From positions 276,468 to 340,467 of the forward strand of contig VJWM01000205.1 of NCBI GenBank assembly GCA_010909165.1: a stretch of DNA of 64,000 nt. Reading direction: 5' to 3'. This document shows positions 24,956 through 37,450 of this stretch, in pieces. The position numbers were made by a program, and so were the translations under genes. The notes beneath the pieces are model-generated. The model saw nothing but the letters and a program-made list of their open reading frames with translations, made no database searches and was not told where the DNA came from. How positions within the stretch are numbered: the first letter of the stretch is position 1; every line of letters begins with the position of its first letter. This stretch comes from Anthoceros angustus. Lineage: Eukaryota > Plantae > Anthocerotophyta.

Positions 24956-27056
24956 ATGATGGCAGCAAAGCCAGAGCTGGTGAACCTGACTGTGGATGAA
25001 TGGCTGTCCTGCTGCGGGAGCACGCAATTTGCGGCTGAAGTTGCAAAATTAGGACCTTTCGATGGCCTCGATCAGGCAATCGAGGCTTCACGGACAATCT
25101 GGTGGAGCAAGGTACCATCTCATCCTCCCTGTCTTCTCCTTCGTCTGGCCCCTGTGGCCAATTGATGCATACAATGTGGTTTCCTGACTTTATGCGACTT
25201 GCGTCTAGGTTGACATTCTGGGATGGCTGGAAGCGTTTGCAGCGCACCCTCGGATTGGCGATGTCGATGCGCTTCGCAGAAAGTTTGCCTCTGAGTGCGT
25301 ATTTCCTTGCCACTAAAGGTCAGGGAGATAGAAATCAAGTGAGGGACTGATAAGGATGTCGTGCGCGGTACCGGGTAGCTGTGTAGAATTGGTGTTCAGT
25401 AATGTGAACGAAGATGCTTGCCAGTGCTTGATAGCTGCAATGGAACAGGGTATATGCGGAAGAGCAATCGGAAGCCCTGGGAACTGCCAGTGACCAGATT
25501 TTGAAGGTTTTATCTGCTAGCCTTGTGATTGTGGTCACTTCGGGGTTGCTTTTTAAGTGTGGAAAGGTAGGTAATTGAGCTCACTGTCTGCCTGCGTGCG
25601 TAGGATTTGGCAGAGTGGAACCGGCAGTACGAAAGGAAGTTCGGGTTCATCTTCCTTATATCTGCGAACGGGAAGAGCAGTTCTGAGATTTTAGCAGTTT
25701 TGAAGGTAGATAAATCTACTCCTTTTCAATATAGCTTGACATACTGTCTGGGTGAAAAGCGGAAGAGGCGCTGCCATCATTTGCTGAGGGTCCTTTTGTA
25801 TAACAGTTGCAGATACATCAAGACTGTTCTGCTTGTTGCGTCTGACAGACAGACTGCTATCCACGGTAGCATATGAATATGTTTTTGTCCCGATGAACTT
25901 ACTCTTTGCAACTTGTACATCCAGTCTCGCTTTACCAACAGACCGATCATCGAATTTCAAGTGGCAGCAGCAGAACAGCAGAAGATAACAGAGCTTCGCC
26001 TCGTCAAGAAGCTTGAGGGCTCGGCCCAGAAGCATCCTGAAGTCCCAAATTTGGACCACGTTACCAGTTCAGGCCCTCCAACTGGTGCTTCTACAGACGA
26101 TTCAGCTCCGGGAGATGGTAATGACTCAGTTCTTGTTTCCAAGTTGAGTTTGGTCTGTGGTGTCGGATGTGGTTTGCAGTGAGCCCGTAAATGGAAGTAC
26201 AGACTCTGGTGGTTGAGCTTAAGTTGCTGTTGCTATCCTTCAATGCGCAGGATCTTAGTGCATATTCCCATTCTGATTTGATTTTTCAGGCTCCCGACTT
26301 TCGTGTGAAACAATTGTGAATAAGAACCCCAGAAGTTTGTGGAAAGGTGGGTATTGAGCTTTCTGAGAAACAACTTGGGCGTCCGATTGAGTCTTAAACT
26401 TGTAGCTTCCCCTGTATCTCTCGAGTTCATGAAGGTTGTGAGGTCCTGTGTTAGACCTTAATAGATGCAACCCAGTAGGTTCAGTTGAAGTTCTTTGAGC
26501 AGTTTACTGATCATGGTGTTCCACAGGTAAGGACCCAGTGCATCGAAGACTGACGCAAATAGAGGCACACATCACTGGATCAGGGATCGACAAGGGCAAG
26601 CAAGCTCCTGTTGCAAGCCCAGAGCAAGCTCCAACAGTCACGCGGACCCGCCCTCCCATCACAACTCATGTCTTGGATGTTTCACTTGGAAGACCAGGTT
26701 CGGGCATTGATGTAACACTGGACTGGTGGAAGGAGAAACCGGCAACAGTAATTCACAGCTCGAAGGACTCGGACAAGGGAGAGTGGACGACTCTGGGCAC
26801 CTCTGTCACAGATAATGATGGCCGATCTGGCCCCTTGATGCCCCTGTCCAACACTATTCCTGCTGGGAGATACAGGCTCACGTTTCACACCGAGCAATAC
26901 TTCCTCAGACTAGCTGGTGCAAGGCCTGAAGGATCAAAGCCATTCTATCCCTTCGTTTCAGTTGTGTTTCAAGTCACTCCCGCTCAAGCAGCTGAGCACT
27001 TCCATGTGCCTGTTCTCTTGTCTCCTTATGCGTATAGCACATACAGGGGTAGCTGA
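24956..27056 (+). CDS. TTL: Bifunctional OHCU decarboxylase / 5-hydroxyisourate hydrolase (transthyretin-like protein)
   Basis: WLSCCGS, WLEAFAAHPRIG, WNRQYERKFGFIFLI, EQQKITELRL, then RPPITTHVLD...DGR...HFHVP.LLSP..YSTYRGS (YRGS signature). Six exons inferred. Confidence 0.93.
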
Positions 27057-27594
27057 TGAGGCAGTTTGTGTTGGAGCAGAAACAGGTCGGTGGAATCACG
27101 ATAGTATGTTCTTTGCGACTGTATATAGTAAACTCTCTCCCCGTGTTTTTATGCGTCAAACAAGATGACCATGAAAGCAATGAGCCAAAGGTTATGCTTC
27201 CTAGCCTGCCTAGTTGTAGGTGTGGTGCGTTCATCGGAATTCCCATCCGGTTGGGTTACTGGCAAAGCCAACAATTACCTGACCACAACCAAGCTCTCGC
27301 TGGTCGTTCTACTCAAAGCTATATATGGCCTCGTCCTTTTTGAATATGGAACACGAAGGTTAAAATATTTATCTTGAGTTTTGGGTGATAAAGGTTGAAA
27401 TATATTATTTCACCACGGGAGGTGGGGTGAACAGCTAGTGGCGTATCCTGCTTTAGGTGCACGCCTCGGGCAACTTGGATACATATCTAGCCGCCGAGCC
27501 CGAGGAATGAATCACTGCGGCGAGGCAAGCCTTGCTTCAGGCAGTGACTTGCGGCCGACAGGAGAATTGAGCTGCTCCGTACAGTGACACAAGG

Positions 27595-28476
27595 ATGTTG
27601 CAGCAGGTACAGGCTCAGGTTCCATCAAGCTTGCAAGTTCTGAGGAGCGTGAGGAAACGGCATCCTGTTCCTGCGACGCTGCTTTCCATCTTCATGTCAG
27701 CGGCGCTTCTCTGCTTGTTGTTCGCTTCTTTGAACAGCGCGAAGCTGATTGCAGTGAGCTTGCTGAGTCCAGATGTTGGGCTCAGCGGACAGAATCCGGT
27801 CCCCGAGGACGTCGCCCGGGCGCTTCTGCACTTCGCAACCACGTCGGAGGTTCCGCAGCAATCCAAGGAGGAGGTAGGAGCGGTGATGGGAGCGCTGTTG
27901 CGGAGAACGCCCAGCAATTTCCTGGTTTTCGGATTGTGGCACGACAGCCTGCTGTGGGCGACGTTCAACTACGGCGGGAGGACGGTGTTTCTGGATGAGA
28001 GCCAGGAGTGGATAGATCGGACGAGGGAGCGCCATCCGCAGCTGGAGACGTACAAGGTGGACTACAGCACCAGTTTGGGGGATTCGGACAGCCTGTTGGA
28101 AATAGCTCGGGACAGGCGCAGGGAGGAATGCCGGCCCCACCAGCCCATCCAGGCGTCCTCCTGCCCTTTAGCGCTGTCCAGGGAGCTGCCGGAGGAGCTG
28201 CTCACGGTGCAGTGGGACGTCATTCTTATTGACGGCCCTCGTAGCTACCGGAATTCGTCGTTTCCAGGTCGGATGAGCCCCATCTTCACCTCCTCCGTGA
28301 TGGCTCGCACCCGGACGGCTCCTGGCCACCTTGACATATTTCTTCACGATGTTTCCCGCCCTTCAGAGTTCGCATATGCCATGGAATTCCTGTGTGTCAG
28401 GAACTTGGTGAAGGCGGTAGGCGACTTGTGGCACTTTCAAATCTACTCCAGTCCGGCAGAGGAGTTCTGTTCCTGA
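27595..28476 (+). CDS. DUF579 polysaccharide-synthesis protein (glucuronoxylan methyltransferase / IRX15 family), intronless, 293 aa
   Basis: N-terminal TM anchor, NFLVFGLWHDSLLW, GGRTVFLDE, WDVILIDGP, PGRMSPIFT, HDVSRP and EFLC. Confidence 0.9.
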   Translation: MLQQVQAQVPSSLQVLRSVRKRHPVPATLLSIFMSAALLCLLFASLNSAKLIAVSLLSPDVGLSGQNPVPEDVARALLHFATTSEVPQQSKEEVGAVMGALLRRTPSNFLVFGLWHDSLLWATFNYGGRTVFLDESQEWIDRTRERHPQLETYKVDYSTSLGDSDSLLEIARDRRREECRPHQPIQASSCPLALSRELPEELLTVQWDVILIDGPRSYRNSSFPGRMSPIFTSSVMARTRTAPGHLDIFLHDVSRPSEFAYAMEFLCVRNLVKAVGDLWHFQIYSSPAEEFCS

Positions 28477-29897
28477 GCTCAGCACTGCTGAGTCTCCGCA
28501 GCTTGAGGTCCGATGAGCATATTGACCACTTGTGAGGGGAGCAAAGCTTCCCAAAGGCGGGCGTGCGGGAGACTTGATCCCAGGATGATCGATCGTTTCG
28601 AATTGAGACTTTGAGGTATGTTTTTTAGTTCCCAGGAAAAGATGTGGCCCAAAAAATAGAAGCTTTCTTTCGCTTCCTGCTCCACATCCACTGACCCAGA
28701 AAGCAAAAACAATGGATCACCACAGCACCATTGAACGTCAATCTGAACTTTCCCCCGTCGTATCTCTCGAGCGCGGTTAGAGAACGGCATACGCTTCTGT
28801 CCCATCTCTACGGTACGATACGGCAGCAAAAAGATGCTGGTACGATGAGCTGACGTGGCGTAGGGACGGAACGCGTTTTGGAGATAGGTAGATGTAGGTG
28901 GGACGTGGTAGTGGTAGGTGTTGACCAGTGGTCACTATGTATGTTTGCCTGAGCCCCTCCAAGTTTGTGAAGGCCATGTCCATCTCAACTTGGACAATTT
29001 TGAGTTTTTCCACTGATTACCGATGAAGATGCCACACATTTCTGCAGAATTTTCTTCTCACCAGGTTGAAACCTTCGGAAGTTGCAAAATCTTAGCTCCC
29101 ATTGCGGGCTGTATTTCGGATTGTGCATGGGTCGGATGAAGGCAAAGCACATACCATTGCAAAGCCTGTGAATGCACGAGGCAGGGCCCATTACTTGATA
29201 CCGACAAGTGGACGGGAAAAATGAAAGAGTCCACATTGTGAATTATCGGAAAAATAGGCCCGCACCACCTGGGTCATTCTGGAGTTCAGTTTCAGTATGG
29301 CTGCGTGCAGATGCAGATGCTAGGTAGTGTAGCTATCAAGAGGGAGGCATCCTCTCAGCATTGAGATACTTTTTGGAAGCCAATAGCATGGCTGCAAATT
29401 CGGCACGATTTGACGATGTGCTCTTTAGGTACACCTATAATGTTCTCCTGTCGTTGCTGCTTACAAGAGATGGCCTACAGTGATGGCATTTGGACATGTC
29501 TTTCTTGAAAGTCCAGGGAGAAGCTATTTATGTGTGACAGTCAGCTGGCTCCAGGTGAGCCTGACACAAGGATGAATGCAGCACGTGTACTTGAACAAGG
29601 CATCTCTTCGATGCCCAGGACAAAGATATTGTTCAACTTGGCTTCAAGAGCCCCATGCTTCTCGACCAGGTTCATTGCATATGAAAGTCTCATACTCCGA
29701 ATCGAGGGGGCTGTTTGCATCAGCTGAAGTTCTGGCACAGCAAGCTTCAGACCTAAGCACCTAATTAAGAAAGTCGAGAAACATGGTGTAGTGTGTCAGA
29801 ACTCCAGGCGAACGACAAGCGGTGTCGGGGCTGCAACAGTGGTCGAAAACGTACCTCCGCGCTGAGCTGTTGTGAGTATACACACGTCGTCTGCATC

Positions 29898-32800
29898 CTA
29901 CTTCACAGAATAACTTCGAGAGATTCCATGAGAAACAAAATCGTCTATTGGTGGATGGAGCAGATGATGGCCTGTTACGCTTTGATACGCCATACCCAGT
30001 GCCAAAACCTGCAGCCGGAAGATTCGCGTTTTGGTAATTAAAATCACACTCTCACAACACGTAGAACATGCATTTCCCGTAATGAACGAACCTCGCCATC
30101 TTTGAAGGGTGCGCCGTAAATCCCTGCGCTGACGATTGTCCGTCTCTGGCTGCCTTCAGGAGGTGCGTCCGGAATGTTCTTCATTCCCGTGGGAAGAACC
30201 AGCACTGGCAATCCCACCAAGTTACTCACCGCAATTTTCTCCCGGTCAGTCGCGTTCCCGATAATGGCATCAAACTCTGAAATCGATGCGAGCACTTCTT
30301 GAGACAGCAAGCCCCGAACTCTCTGAGCATGGATGTAGTCCACGGCGGAAATCATGCGGGCACGGCGGGCTGCTACAGGCCAGTCTGCTTGGTCCTCGTA
30401 CTCGTCATCGAGACCAGCTCTCTGCCAGTGGTCAAAATGGGAGAGCATGTCGGTCTCCATGATTAAACCAAGCAGTGCGGGAGCTGAGTCGACGCTGTAG
30501 GCGAGTTGCAAGGGAACCAGCTTCACTCGCTTGGCAGCCAGAATGTTCAGCAGCTACACACGCGCACAAGGCCATCCGTCAGATGCAATGCCAAGCAAAT
30601 ATGATGCTTAAGAATGATGCTTGTGGAACGAGAGGAAGAGATCCGCTGCTGCACCTCGACATCTGCATCCGCCAGGTAGCCGACAGTCAGCCTCGACACG
30701 TCGATACCAAAAGGGTCCTTCAGCTTGATATCCTTTGAGGAGTAGTCGTCTGGATCCTTTCCTCGTATCACGTCCAGAATGATGGCGCAGTCGCTAGCAC
30801 TTCTACAAAATGGACCTACTTTGACCTGCACGAATCAAGAGTCGACATCAGTAGGAAGACGCCTTCAGCATGCAAGATGAGTAGAGTGAGATCTTGTCGG
30901 AACTCCTACCAGGCTATCAGAGAGGCTCATTGTCCCTGATCGTCCGACCATGCCAAAAGTGGGCCTGAAGGCTGTTACTCCAGTGCGGGCTGCAGGGTAT
31001 ACGATTGATCCAGATGTCTCCGACCCGATTGCAAACGGAACCAGAGCTGCTCCAAGTACCGGAAAGGTAACAGCCGAGTGTCAGGGGAAGGAGTAGGTTT
31101 CCAAGGAGCTCACTCACAAACATCAACATCCGGGTAGTACCTGCGGAGGTGCCTGCAGCAGAGCCAGATGACGATCCTAGAGTAAATTCTGCTATGTTCC
31201 ATGGATTCCTGGTTCGACCTCCAAACCAGATATCGCCGGATGCTAGGGACCCACATGCTAGCTTCGCAATCAGAACTGCACCTGCCGCTTTCAATCTGCA
31301 ATACAGAAGGTGAGCTGGTGCTCTTGATGACAAGGAATGAAAGAGCACGAGGAAATGGTGATGAAAGTACTTCTTATAAACCCAAGCTTCTTCATCGATG
31401 ACTTGGTCTTTGAAGGAAGTCGAACCCCACGTCGTCTTGTAACCAGGAACAGCTATTGTATCCTTCAACCCATAAGGGATTCCGTGTAGAGGACCTACAC
31501 AGCAAAAGTTGATGGCAAGCTAGTTGTAGCGTCTTATACACTTATGAAATGAAGATTGTACTAGAACGTGCCACACCTTGGTATTTTCCATGCTTGATTA
31601 AGTCATCGGCTGCATCGGCTTGTTCTTGGGCAAGTGCTGTCGTGTATGTTATGACCACTTGTAAAGTTGCATCGTACCTTTGAAAAAATGCAATGTTCAT
31701 TGAATCAAGTGAAGAACCCCTCTCCTGGCAAACGACAACCAAGTCGAAGTCCACACCAAACACACCTTATGAGCCGTTCAGTGAAGACCTTCACCAACTC
31801 GGCAGATGTTACCTTCCGGTTCTTTACCAAGTAGGCCAGTTCTGAAACCTGTGACAGCCACACAAGAGAACCAGTTCATAAAATAGGACAGTTTGACGAG
31901 TAGCGATGCAAAGGAATCGAACACTACCTTCGATGCTTTTCCAGAACTGTGACAAACTAAAATCTAGCATACAAGTTTTGCATGTACAGCTTACAGTCAT
32001 AAAAGCAAGGTCCTCATCGCTCGCTGGCCGCTTCACCCCGTAGGTACCTGGGTACTTGAATTTGAGATCGGGGCTGGCGAAGGCCTTCGTGTTCAAACTG
32101 GGGTCAAAAGAGAGAACGGACGGGTTCTTCATGCCTCCATCAGGAAGTCCAACCAGGCTCCTGTGATATCGGTAAATAGGTATGTTCATCGATTGGACGT
32201 CCTCCGCCATTTTGCCTCTCTGCAAAGCTAAAATGTAATCAGTGATCAGGAACAAAATAGAAAATCTGTATAGTGGGACACCACATTGTGTAGCATGGAA
32301 ATGGTTATGACTTCAGAGTGGCTGTCCGTTACCTTTTGATCGTCAAAGACATCGAAGTCTCCCAGCTTAGAGGCTGCAAGAACTGCTGATGAGTTGAATG
32401 ATACATCAGATGAGAGACCTGTTCTTTGGTTGATACTTCCCAGCACGCTTCCATTGATAACGTGAATGACACCATTTGAAGCAAGAAAATAATCAACCAC
32501 CTTCGCATCTCCAATATACAAGCTCGACAGTAAGTCGGTCACCTGGAGCAAAGGAAAAACAACTGAATCCATCCGGATGTGCCAGATTACGTCACAATCA
32601 CAACATAGGAAAACTTAATGGAAGCTTGTTCTCACCTGTATGACTATATCACCAAGAGATTGTAGTAGCTGCCCATCAGTCAGGTTCTCTGTCTGAAACA
32701 TGCCCTTCACGACTGCTTAAAACACATTTGACAGCGTGTTAAGGACAAACACCTTGGATTGACAGCCATGCACCAGAATAAAAGTCAATACAGACGACAG

Positions 32801-33592
32801 AGTACCGCAGAAACTTTAGAAACCATGCCATCTTTCTCACAGCCAGAAAGGCTGGGAACATTTTCCAACATCTCATTGCGTTTCGTCTCAAGGATGACAT
32901 TCGAGCAATCCCAAACAACAGGTAACACTTGAGACTCCACTTGAAACTCCAAAGGCTTACAATGATTAAGGACAATCGCCTTGAGATTCGTTGCAGTGAG
33001 GAGATCAGCGTCCGAGGTGCAAGGAGAAGCTTGATAAAAATCGTGAACACATGTGAGGAGAGACTTTCTGAACACCTCATGAAACGCGTCATCTGTAGGA
33101 GCGAAGAGGGTGAAATTGGCTCCTCCTCCCAGAGTAAGATTTTTCAAGGCAGTTCGGTTCAGAGCTGCGTTCAGCAGCGTCTGCGATCCGTGGCGCCATA
33201 TGTTAGTAAGGCAGGGTTAAAACGAGAAATTGGAGCAGGTAGAACATACTTACAACTCTGAAGGCTGAAGCTAAGAGCTTGCTTAACAAGTAACCGACCA
33301 CCAACAGAGCAGAGAACAGGTTCCCAGGAATGCACGGGCCAGACGAGACAATTACCAGATTAGGCAGAGAAGCCACAAGCGAGACAACGTCTAAAGCCTT
33401 GGCCGGCCCAGGCGGCCCTGCTACCATGACCAGCTCGAAATACAAAGCAGAGACAAGGAGCACGACCAGAACTCCCTTCACCGATCTGCTGATCGTGCTC
33501 CAAGTCTCTGGCTGGAAGGCCAGGCATCCCTGGAACACAGGAAGTGCAACGAAACTGGCCAAGCAGCCCGGGGCTGCTTCCGGCTCCCTCAT
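29898..33592 (-). CDS. Amidase-signature protein with N-terminal signal/TM segment and a fasciclin (FAS1) domain, multi-exon
   Basis: FAS1: TLLNAALNRTALKNL...NFTLFAPTDDAF...HFVKG...NGVIHVING. Amidase: RPASDEDLAFM, PLHGIPYGLKD, RTRNPWN, GSSSGS, IGSETSGS, GPFCRSA, NLVGLP. The last exon VLALGMAYQSVT...PPIDD ends at TAG 29900-29898. The start at 33592 is uncertain. Confidence 0.88.
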
Positions 33593-35854
33593 AGCCCGCA
33601 AATTCCGATTCAATAGGCACCCAGAGCTCACAACCTGAACTCACCAAACCCATCCAGTGGTGAGGCCGGAACTCCCAGCTTGCAAGCCTGGAAGAGTAAT
33701 CCAGACTCTGCCAAGCAATACAGCCTGTAGCTGCTCAGCTGGTCCCGGCCGCAACAGGTGAGAGGTGAGGCTGCTCTGTTCCCGTGAGGTCGCCTGTTGA
33801 ATCCTTCCGGCGGGTGTACACAATCGGACATGCTTGCTTCCTCCACTGGAATGCAGTTTGCAAAGCCCAAATTAAGAAACGGGTGCCTGGCCCACGTCCG
33901 TCGCCATCTCCTGTGGGGAAGACGAATTCCGACTGGATAGCTGACACTTCCCCGTACCACGTCCATGCTGTTGCGTCTCCTGTGACATCATCTCTCTTAG
34001 ATGTTTTATATACCTCATCCCCCCCATATCCGCCCCTCATCCCCCCATCCCGTCCGTCACAACCAACTACCCTCCGTTTCTCTTCTTTATTAATCCCTCT
34101 TCATTTTTCCTTTTCCTTTCCTTTCCTTTTCTCCGTTTATTCCACTGCTGATCTTTCTTCTTTTTTTCTAGATACCTTCTAGCTCAAGTCTTTTGTAATC
34201 ATAACCCTGGTGGACTAAAAAACATCTTAAACGCTTGGGGAAGGCCACCTGAGGGAGCTAACAATGCATAGCTAATTCTATTTAACAAGCTTAAACCTTT
34301 TAAAAGAAAGCCCCACAAGGGATTAGTCCCCTATGGAGTGCCGCTTCCGGTTTACATGTGCAAGACATTTCAGTATTCAACATTCAATTGGTCTACTAAA
34401 CTCATAAATTAATTGAAATTGATGCGATCATAAGTTAATTAGAATTGATGTGGGGCTGAGAAAAAATAACCGCACGTCTATAGGGTTCATGGCCCTAAAG
34501 AGCACATAAAAACATCCCATTTTAGTCAAGTCCAACACCCAACTCTTGTTTTGCCTATAGATAATGACATAGACTGAATTAATTTTCTTGGGATGCGTTA
34601 TGCACTCCGCGTGACATGGAATTTAGAGTATATATATTATTTTAAATAGAGATATTTTATATCAAATATATATCATAGTATATATATAATATGATATAAA
34701 TTAGGGTGATATATAGATTAAGGTTATAAAACCTAAATTAAAACTAATTTTCGATTTTATTTTATTAATAAAAATAATGATTATATCTATTTTATAACTC
34801 TTTTTATTCATAAATCCTAATTTTGAAGAATCTAATCTCACAAATCCGCTGTACTGCTTATCATGGGGCAAATATGACAGCCCTAGATGCTGGATTGCCT
34901 GGAGCCGCGAGCCCTAAGAGAGTTTACATGATTACACACCTAGACCTAAGTAGTAGGAGACAGTTATTACTAGGTATTTGGGTTTTATTATTTGGTCAAA
35001 AGCACATGGGGATATAGCAAACTCAGCGTTGGATGCCGAAAAGAGACACGTGACTGACAAGTCACAAGGGGTCGGAAAATGTGTCGAGCACAGAGAGGCA
35101 TTACGGATGGATGATACCAGCCTACCAGGGAGCAGGGCAGGCAACGAGGAAAGGCGCAACGTCCACCCTGTGGTCCATGAAAAGACTAAAGAATCGATTG
35201 GCGTCTCGGACGTCGCAAAAAGCTGGACGTCTCTTGCTACCGTCGCTTCGGCACTTTCCCTTGCTCTTGCCTCTCCTTTTGTCAGCCAGCGTACTGAGCC
35301 AGCTCCCTCGTCAACCATGTCCCGACCTGCCTTGAAAGCAATGCGTCGTGCACATTGTTGGAGCTCCGGCTGCCGGTAGAGCAAATGGCTGCACTGCTGT
35401 GAGAAGCCTTGCCGTTTTGGTGGTGCTCAACATCGTCACGCATTCGGAAATTACTTCTGCACTTCACTCATTCGCATACAGGTGCTGTGCATTGCTGGCG
35501 GATTGCCTCCGTCAACATCCACGCTTTCGGCGTGTGCTGTTTAGGTGGATGAGAGGAACTGTCAACTCTGTTGAGCCGTACCGTGTTGGGATGGTTTTTG
35601 CTTGCACGCGTCCTGATGGTGCACTGTGATTTGGGATTCTGATGCGCAGGCGGACGCAGGCGTTGGTGAACCTCGCTGCGGTGACGGTATCACGGGTGCG
35701 GCATGTTTGTTGCACTGGCGACATTGGGCTGGTGTGCCAGGTCACAAGACTCCGGACAGAGATTGAGAGCAAGAGGAAAGGTTGCTGCCTGTGAGTGTCT
35801 TCGTGTACAAATTTGACCTGGAGGGGTGCTTTCTGTTCATGCGCTAGAGGCAGA

Positions 35855-37030
35855 ATGGGGAGTGTTTGCTCCAGAGGCGACATGGTTGAGGAAGGGGATC
35901 AGGTTGCGGAGGTGGAGATAGACCACCGGATAGCGCAGGAAAGGAAGGCGGAAAAACGTGTGCGCAAGCTGTTGTTGCTGGGGGCAGGGGAGTCCGGGAA
36001 GTCTACCATATTTAAGCAGATCAAAGTGTTGTTTCAGACCGGGTTCGATGATGTTGAGCTGAAGAATTACACATCTGTGGTGCATGCCAATGTCTACCAG
36101 TTCATCAAAATTCTTTTGGATGGATGCCAGGAATTCGCCCTTGAGGAGGAATGGGCAGAGCATTATGTTTTGCCACCCGATGTCCAGGATCTGGCTGACA
36201 AAATCTCTGCTCTGTTGGCGAACAATGCTATGCCGACTCTGACCCCGGAGCTCGCCACGGAAATTGAAACACTGTGGAGAGTTCCTGCTATTCAGGCTGC
36301 TTATGTTCGGGCGAATGAACTGCAGCTTCCTGATTGTACGCATTATTTTCTCGAGGACGTTCAGCGCCTGGCGGACAAGAACTACATCCCTACAGCAGAG
36401 GATGTTCTGCATGCCCGGGTGCGGACCACAGGCATTGTTGAGACTGAGTTTTGCCCTACAGATGAAGCCAAGAAGAAGGCCACGTCGGAGGAAGTGTACA
36501 AGATGTTTGATGTTGGTGGCCAGAGGAATGAGCGCAGAAAGTGGATGCATCTGTTTGATGGTGTCACTGCGGTTATATTTTGTGCTGCTCTTAGCGAGTA
36601 TGACCAGACTTTGTTCGAAGATGAAACCGTCAACCGGATGATGGAGACGAAGGAACTGTTTGAATGGGTGCTCAAGCAGCCATGGTTTGAGAAAACATCT
36701 TTCCTCGTCTTCCTCAACAAGTTCGACATCTTCGAGAAGAAGGTGTTGCAGGTGCCGCTCTCTGTTTGTGAGTGGTTCAAGGACTACAAGCCTCTGACGA
36801 CCGGGCAAGGAGAAGTGGAACAGAGGGCCGAAGTGGAGCATGCTTTCCAGTATATACACCAGAAGTTCATTGATCTGTACATGCAAAATACAGATCAAGA
36901 AAGAAACATGCACCGGGAGTTTCGGATCTACAGAACCACGGCTCTTGATAGGATGCTTGTCAAGCATACTTTCACTTTGGTTGACAAAGCCTTAACAAAG
37001 AAGACACTGATAGAGTCGGGCCTCCTCTGA
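35855..37030 (+). CDS. GPA1: Canonical heterotrimeric G-protein alpha subunit, intronless CDS, 391 aa
   Basis: MGSVCS acylation motif, GAGESGKST (G1), ARVRTTG (G2), DVGGQ (G3), NKFD (G4) and TTALD (G5) lie in one continuous frame. Confidence 0.95.
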   Translation: MGSVCSRGDMVEEGDQVAEVEIDHRIAQERKAEKRVRKLLLLGAGESGKSTIFKQIKVLFQTGFDDVELKNYTSVVHANVYQFIKILLDGCQEFALEEEWAEHYVLPPDVQDLADKISALLANNAMPTLTPELATEIETLWRVPAIQAAYVRANELQLPDCTHYFLEDVQRLADKNYIPTAEDVLHARVRTTGIVETEFCPTDEAKKKATSEEVYKMFDVGGQRNERRKWMHLFDGVTAVIFCAALSEYDQTLFEDETVNRMMETKELFEWVLKQPWFEKTSFLVFLNKFDIFEKKVLQVPLSVCEWFKDYKPLTTGQGEVEQRAEVEHAFQYIHQKFIDLYMQNTDQERNMHREFRIYRTTALDRMLVKHTFTLVDKALTKKTLIESGLL

Positions 37031-37450
37031 TTTTCTGCGAGATGGACTTGAGGCAAATTTTGATGTATATAGAACGCGAGGAAAAGGTTGCAGTGGAAAG
37101 GTAGGTATATCATTGAGATACGTTTTGCAAGTTTTCACATTGGAATCGTGGGCTACATGAATTCAACTAAGTTCTGTAGGCAGGGCCATCGGTTCGATTA
37201 GAACCTTCTTTAATTTGTTGGACCGTTAAGGGTTGTCATTTGCTCCGCACAACATGCCAGGAACCGTGCATGCACTTGTCTTGGGCAGCTTCTGAAGCTG
37301 AATCTCGGTGTGAGGCTGTGAGACCTTCCGAGCTGTTCACACAAGTAGCTATAAATATTTCCTGCTGAAACACACCCGGGCCCAGAAGCTCCAGCACTTT
37401 GTTACCCATGATTCCGAGCAAACCCAGTGAACCTCTCAGATGTTGACCTC

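Noticed and set aside
33255-33258. Possible 4-nt micro-exon (AGTT) in intron 1 of the FAS1-amidase gene
   Set aside because: Inclusion breaks the frame; direct splicing is already in phase.
34194-34936. AT-rich block bounded by TGTAATCAT...ATGATTACA, like a solo LTR
   Set aside because: Only a 9-bp inverted match and no target-site duplication.
35837-36967. 376-aa antisense ORF over GPA1
   Set aside because: Explained by codon bias of the sense gene; no domain.
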